Assembly (NCBI GenBank): GCA_028275775.1 | Contig: JAPWTZ010000014.1 | Location: 1-10,096, forward strand | Origin: Candidatus Nanopusillus sp. | GTDB lineage: Archaea > Nanobdellota > Nanobdellia > Nanobdellales > Nanobdellaceae | DNA length: 10,096 nt | Direction: 5' to 3' | In this document: positions 6,754 to 10,096 of the stretch, piece after piece | Layout of the letters: every line of letters begins with the position of its first letter | Numbering within the stretch: position 1 is the stretch's first letter | The notes under the pieces: generated by a model | Database searches by the model: none | Told to the model about the DNA's origin: nothing | The model's input: only the letters and a program-made list of their open reading frames with translations | Position numbers and translations under genes: made by a program

Positions 6754-7881
6754 ATGGATCTTCCTAAAATATCAATTATATTTCCTATTTATAAAAAAAG
6801 TAAATATTTGGAAAATAATATTCAAAAAATACTAGAAGATCCCTATCCAAATAATCTAAAAGAAATAATAATATCAATAGACTCTCCAGAAGATGATTTT
6901 TTAAATAAATTAATGGAAATAAAAAGTAAATATAAAAATATAACATTGGTTATATCAAAAGATAGAAGAGGAAAGGTTTCTGCAACCAATGATGCAGTAA
7001 AAATATCTTCTGGAGAAATTTTATTTTTCTTTGATGCAGATATTATTATTGATTATATTAATATTAAGGGAATTATTGAAGAATTAAAAGAATATGATAT
7101 AGTAGAATTTTACAAAGAAATAATCAAAAAAGGTTGGCTCGGTTATCTTATGTTCATAGAATTTTCTTTATATTTTGATATTATTGATCCAATATTAAAT
7201 AAAACAAAAAGACCATTATTTTTAAATGGTGGTGGATTTGCAACTAAAAGAAGTGTATGGGATGAGGTAGAAGGGTATTCTAAAGTATATGTAGAAGATG
7301 TAGATTTTGCCATGAAAGCTGGAAAAAAAGGATATAAATATTATATGTCAAAAAATGTAAAATTGTCAGTTGAACCATTAAAAAGTTTAAGACAATGGAT
7401 TGAACAAAGAAAAAGATGGGGTTTTGGATTAATAGAAGTAATATTAAATCATTTAGATTATATGGTAGATTTTTTTATACATGATTTTTTAACTTCTATA
7501 TTTGTACTTCTAATTTTATATTTACCATATCTAATATGGACTTATATATATATTTACTTGCCAGCTTCTTTCTTATATCAATTTGCTATAAATATATATG
7601 AAAGTTTATCTAAAAACATTAGTTTTATATATTTAATAATATTAAGTCCTTCATCCATTTTCACAATATTTTACATTTTATATTTAACTTTACTATATAT
7701 AATATTAACATCTGTTTATGTATATTTACTAGTTTCAATAAAAAGAAGAAAATTGTATAATTTCTCATTATTTATATTATTTTCAGTATTATATATACCG
7801 TTATATGAAATAATAATAATATATGATATAATTTATTACGGAATATTTGAAAAGGCTCCAAAAGTGAATTGGAAAGTCTAA
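6754..7881 (+). CDS. Family 2 glycosyltransferase (GT-A fold) with a QxxRW motif and a fused C-terminal multi-TM domain (375 aa)
   Basis: The N-terminus is PKISIIFPIYKKSKYLENNI. The DxD-type motif is FFDADIII. GGGFATKRSVWDEVEGY is present. QRKRWGFG matches Q(R/Q)xRW of processive GT2 synthases. Residues ~235-350 are strongly hydrophobic. Stop is TAA at 7879-7881. Confidence 0.85.
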   Translation: MDLPKISIIFPIYKKSKYLENNIQKILEDPYPNNLKEIIISIDSPEDDFLNKLMEIKSKYKNITLVISKDRRGKVSATNDAVKISSGEILFFFDADIIIDYINIKGIIEELKEYDIVEFYKEIIKKGWLGYLMFIEFSLYFDIIDPILNKTKRPLFLNGGGFATKRSVWDEVEGYSKVYVEDVDFAMKAGKKGYKYYMSKNVKLSVEPLKSLRQWIEQRKRWGFGLIEVILNHLDYMVDFFIHDFLTSIFVLLILYLPYLIWTYIYIYLPASFLYQFAINIYESLSKNISFIYLIILSPSSIFTIFYILYLTLLYIILTSVYVYLLVSIKRRKLYNFSLFILFSVLYIPLYEIIIIYDIIYYGIFEKAPKVNWKV

Positions 7882-8864
7882 TGATGAAAAAAATAATAAT
7901 ATTAGGAACTTCATCCTCAATGCCTACTAAAAGTAGAAATCATCCAGGAATATTTGTAAAATTCAATAAGAAGGGAATTTTATTAGATTGCGGAGAAAAT
8001 ATACAAAGACAATTAAGAATAATGAAAATCTCACCAACAGATATAGATTATATATTAATTACACATTGGCATGGAGATCATGTTCTAGGATTGCCAGGTA
8101 TTTTTCAAAGTTTATCTAGCATGAATTATAATAAAAAATTAAATATAGTAATTCCAAAAGAAAACATAGAAAATTTAAAAAGAATAATTGAAGATTTTAT
8201 GATCCCAATAAACTTTGATATAAATATAATAGAAGCAAAAGAAGGTTTAATAGTTGATGAAGAAGATTTCAAAATATATGGAATAAAGACAAAACATTCA
8301 ATAATTTCTTATTCATATTATATTATAGAAAAGGATTATATTAAATTAGATAAAAATCTTCTAAATAAATATAATATAAAAGATAAAGAATTGATTAAAA
8401 AATTAAAAGAAGGAAAAGAGGTGGAAATAAATAGTAAAAAAATATCTTATAAAGATGTTGGATATATAAAAAAAGGAATTAAAATTACATATATTACTGA
8501 TACAATATTTTTCGACAAATTAATTGATTTTGCAAAAGATAGCACAATATTAATATCTGAGTCTACATATTTTTTCCAACCAGATTTAGCAAAGAAAAAT
8601 ATGCATATGGACTTTTTAGAAGTTAGAGAAATATTTAATAGAAGTAATAGTAAAATATTATTATTAACTCATTTCAGTCAAAGATATGAAGAAGAAATGG
8701 AAAATATAAGAAGAGATATTGAAGAAAAAAATGAAAACATATATATATTGGATGATTTTGATGAAATAAACATATATAAAGATAAAATAGAATTAAAATT
8801 AAAGGAAAAGAAAATTATTTACAAATATGATGAAAAAACTGGAGATATATTAAGACTCAATTAA
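7881..8864 (+). CDS. rnz: Ribonuclease Z (tRNA 3' endonuclease, metallo-beta-lactamase family)
   Basis: The N-terminus is ILGTSSSMPTKSRNHPG. The HxHxDH motif is ITHWHGDHVLGLPG. A flexible-arm-like segment is (LIKKLKEGKEVEINSKKISYKDV). ISESTY matches the HE(A/S)T motif and LTHFSQRY is the C-terminal motif. The tracked ORF begins at a TTG at 7869. The ATG at 7881 (MMKKIIILGTS) overlaps the GT2 stop as TAATG and is the more likely start. Confidence 0.9.
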   Translation: MMKKIIILGTSSSMPTKSRNHPGIFVKFNKKGILLDCGENIQRQLRIMKISPTDIDYILITHWHGDHVLGLPGIFQSLSSMNYNKKLNIVIPKENIENLKRIIEDFMIPINFDINIIEAKEGLIVDEEDFKIYGIKTKHSIISYSYYIIEKDYIKLDKNLLNKYNIKDKELIKKLKEGKEVEINSKKISYKDVGYIKKGIKITYITDTIFFDKLIDFAKDSTILISESTYFFQPDLAKKNMHMDFLEVREIFNRSNSKILLLTHFSQRYEEEMENIRRDIEEKNENIYILDDFDEINIYKDKIELKLKEKKIIYKYDEKTGDILRLN

Positions 8865-9290
8865 CTTCTTCAATTCTTCCTTTAATTCTTCTAATTCTGC
8901 TGATATATCATTCAATTCTTTTTTAATTTGATTATTATCTTCTTTATTTTCCTCTTTTATTACCTCAACTTTTGGTTTTCTTCTTGTTCTTCTTTTTTCT
9001 ATAACTTCTACTTTATTTAATTCTTCAGAATTAATTTCCTTATATAATTCCTCTATCTCTTTTATTTCTGGTAATGAATTTAATAGTTCATCTATTATAT
9101 CTTTTATAGATTTTACATTTTCCAATAGTTTATCAAATTTCTGATTTCTAACTTCATGATCTTTTATATCATGTAATACATCATATAATTGCAAATATAT
9201 ATCTCTCTTTATTCTCTTAACTATCTCTAAAATATCTTTCTCAGATTTTATTTCAACATACAAATTATCTGTAGACATTGTATGAACCAT
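8850..9290 (-). CDS. Hypothetical charged coiled-coil protein (146 aa) with a central basic patch RRTRRKPK
   Basis: The ORF is 146 codons and open in AT-rich DNA. Heptad-like K/E/I/L composition occurs at both ends (ELNDISAELEELKEELKKLIES). The start is the ATG at 9290 or Met5 at 9278. Its 3' end overlaps the rnz 3' end by 15 nt in convergent orientation. No family was recognised. Confidence 0.6.
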   Translation of the reverse strand: MVHTMSTDNLYVEIKSEKDILEIVKRIKRDIYLQLYDVLHDIKDHEVRNQKFDKLLENVKSIKDIIDELLNSLPEIKEIEELYKEINSEELNKVEVIEKRRTRRKPKVEVIKEENKEDNNQIKKELNDISAELEELKEELKKLIES

Positions 9291-9294
9291 TTTA

Positions 9295-9365
9295 TGCGCC
9301 GGCCGGGATTCGAACCCGGGTCATAGGCTAGGCAGGCCTACGTCCTACCACTAGACTACCGGCGC
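9295..9365 (-). tRNA. tRNA-Gly (anticodon GCC), 71 nt, no intron, no encoded CCA
   Basis: The reverse complement folds as a cloverleaf: acceptor GCGCCGG/CCGGCGC (7 G-C or C-G pairs), D arm GTCT-AGTGGTA-GGAC, anticodon arm TAGGC-CTGCCTA-GCCTA (anticodon GCC), variable TGAC, T arm CCGGG-TTCGAAT-CCCGG, and discriminator A. The next nucleotides are TAAA, not CCA. Confidence 0.95.
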
Positions 9366-9373
9366 TCTCCATC

Positions 9374-10021
9374 CTATCTAAATATATCTAGCACACTGTT
9401 TATATTACTTTTCGATTCTTCCAATTTTTCTTTTAATCCTTTTATGCTTTCTAATCTCTTATTTTCATCTTCCTTTAATTCGCTAACTATCCTTTCTACT
9501 TCAGACATCTTTTCCTTTAATTGCTGTAATAATTCTCTTACCCTTTTATAATCTTCTATCTTTATTAATAATTCCTTTCTTACTTCTAATGGTTTTTCCT
9601 CTTTTAAATGTTGTCTATGAACCTTTTCTTTAACTTTTTCCTTTAATAGAGGTTTGGTTTCTTGTAAAGTCGACTGTACTTGCTGAGTACCAACTCCAAT
9701 AGATCCAAATGTTGATTGTTGGAACTGTTGGTTATTAATATTCTGAGCCCCACCAAGATTGGTTTGTTGGCCAATTCCTGCAAATTGTTGACCAAATCCT
9801 TGAGTTCCAAATGTTTGTTGTTGGTTTTGATTTCCTAATGTACTAAAGCTACCCGGGGTAGTATTATAATCATAAAGATTTTGGCCAGTTCCAGGCATAC
9901 TATAATTACTCATATCTGTTGACATACCACCTATACCTCCAAGCTGATTTTTTAAATTATCTAAATCCCCATAAAATTCCTCTTCATTCTTCTTCTTACT
10001 CTTAAATAAACCCAGTACCAT
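9374..10021 (-). CDS. Hypothetical protein (215 aa): N-terminal MVLGLFKSKKK motif, Q/G/N/T/S/F-rich low-complexity FG-like domain (res ~26-120), C-terminal charged coiled coil (res ~121-215)
   Basis: The ORF is 215 codons and open in AT-rich DNA. A TATA box (TTTATATT, 10052..10045) is centred about 27 nt upstream of the ATG at 10021. The C-terminal half has typical heptad K/E/L composition. No family was recognised. Confidence 0.7.
   Translation of the reverse strand: MVLGLFKSKKKNEEEFYGDLDNLKNQLGGIGGMSTDMSNYSMPGTGQNLYDYNTTPGSFSTLGNQNQQQTFGTQGFGQQFAGIGQQTNLGGAQNINNQQFQQSTFGSIGVGTQQVQSTLQETKPLLKEKVKEKVHRQHLKEEKPLEVRKELLIKIEDYKRVRELLQQLKEKMSEVERIVSELKEDENKRLESIKGLKEKLEESKSNINSVLDIFR
9399..9407 (-). 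promoter_or_regulatory. Candidate internal TATA box (minus strand TAATATAAA) for tRNA-Gly, inside the 3' end of the upstream ORF
   Basis: It is centred about 38 nt upstream of tRNA position +1, which would put a TSS near 9376 and give a roughly 10-nt 5' leader. TATA-like strings are common in this AT-rich DNA, so this is weak. Confidence 0.25.
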
Positions 10022-10044
10022 ATTATATAATAAATAAGTTATAA

Positions 10045-10052
10045 AATATAAA
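10045..10052 (-). promoter_or_regulatory. TATA box (minus strand TTTATATT) for the 215-aa ORF
   Basis: It is centred about 27-28 nt upstream of the ATG (10021..10019), with no SD. Confidence 0.4.
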
Positions 10053-10096
10053 TCTTATTATTAAAGAAATACAATAGCTGGTTTATATGGCATTGC

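Noticed and set aside
8826-8845. C-box-like ATGATGA strings at 8826, and also at 7880 and 4844, as further C/D sRNAs
   Set aside because: No CTGA D or D' box follows at 10-14 nt and there is no second box pair. All three lie in sense coding sequence (M-M or D-D/E codons).
9295-9365. tRNA-Gly as an integration site or boundary of a mobile element or genomic island
   Set aside because: There is no integrase, transposase or phage-like gene on either side. I saw no direct repeat of the tRNA 3' half elsewhere in the window; the only shared string is a 7-nt ACCCGGG at about 9852.
9380-9387. TATA-like ATATATTT just upstream of the tRNA as its promoter
   Set aside because: It is centred only about 19 nt from tRNA position +1, so a normally spaced TSS would fall inside the mature tRNA. 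It is also simply the D-I-F codons of the upstream ORF.
9374-9946. Functional link between the Gly-rich domain and the adjacent tRNA-Gly(GCC)
   Set aside because: The Gly codons in the domain are a mix of GGA, GGU, GGC and GGG, with GGA (not read by anticodon GCC) about as frequent as GGU. There is no codon bias toward this tRNA.
9662-9946. Repetitive caa/ttg-rich DNA as a microsatellite or CRISPR-like repeat
   Set aside because: The repeats are imperfect, codon-level (Q/G/F codons) and in-frame within a long ORF. There is no repeat-spacer periodicity.
10087-10096. Possible start (ATGGCATTGC) of a plus-strand gene at the window edge
   Set aside because: Only 10 nt are visible and no well-placed TATA is present, so it cannot be supported.

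Overview
This is a very AT-rich, tightly packed archaeal chromosomal segment. Supporting evidence is an archaeal RpoD, an archaeal short-form TIM, an archaeal-type ValRS, and TATA boxes about 25-29 nt upstream of the ATGs with no Shine-Dalgarno sequence, which implies leaderless mRNAs. The K/I/N/E/Y-rich proteins and a shortened ValRS suggest a small-genome archaeon such as a DPANN or Nanoarchaeota-like organism, but lineage cannot be fixed from this window. Gene order is: rpoD (5'-truncated, +), small membrane protein (+), valS (+), a 163-nt convergent spacer, tpiA (-), P2-type P-type ATPase (+), GT2 glycosyltransferase (+) coupled by a TAATG overlap to RNase Z (+), a 146-aa coiled-coil ORF (-), tRNA-Gly(GCC) (-), and a 215-aa ORF (-) with a Q/G/N-rich FG-like low-complexity domain plus a coiled coil. 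I found no CRISPR array, transposase, integrase or recognisable defence module, so most of the window is housekeeping. Four items deserve a second look. (1) A near-textbook C/D box sRNA candidate lies on the minus strand, antisense to the stop codon of the ATPase gene. (2) The tRNA-Gly is wedged 8 nt and 4 nt between the two uncharacterised coiled-coil ORFs, which implies a tRNA-mRNA co-transcript whose processing would make a near-leaderless mRNA. (3) The 215-aa protein has a prion-like, FG-like domain. (4) A short HEPN-like gene remnant with an in-frame TGA sits in the valS/tpiA spacer. All functional calls come from motif recognition by eye; no searches were run.
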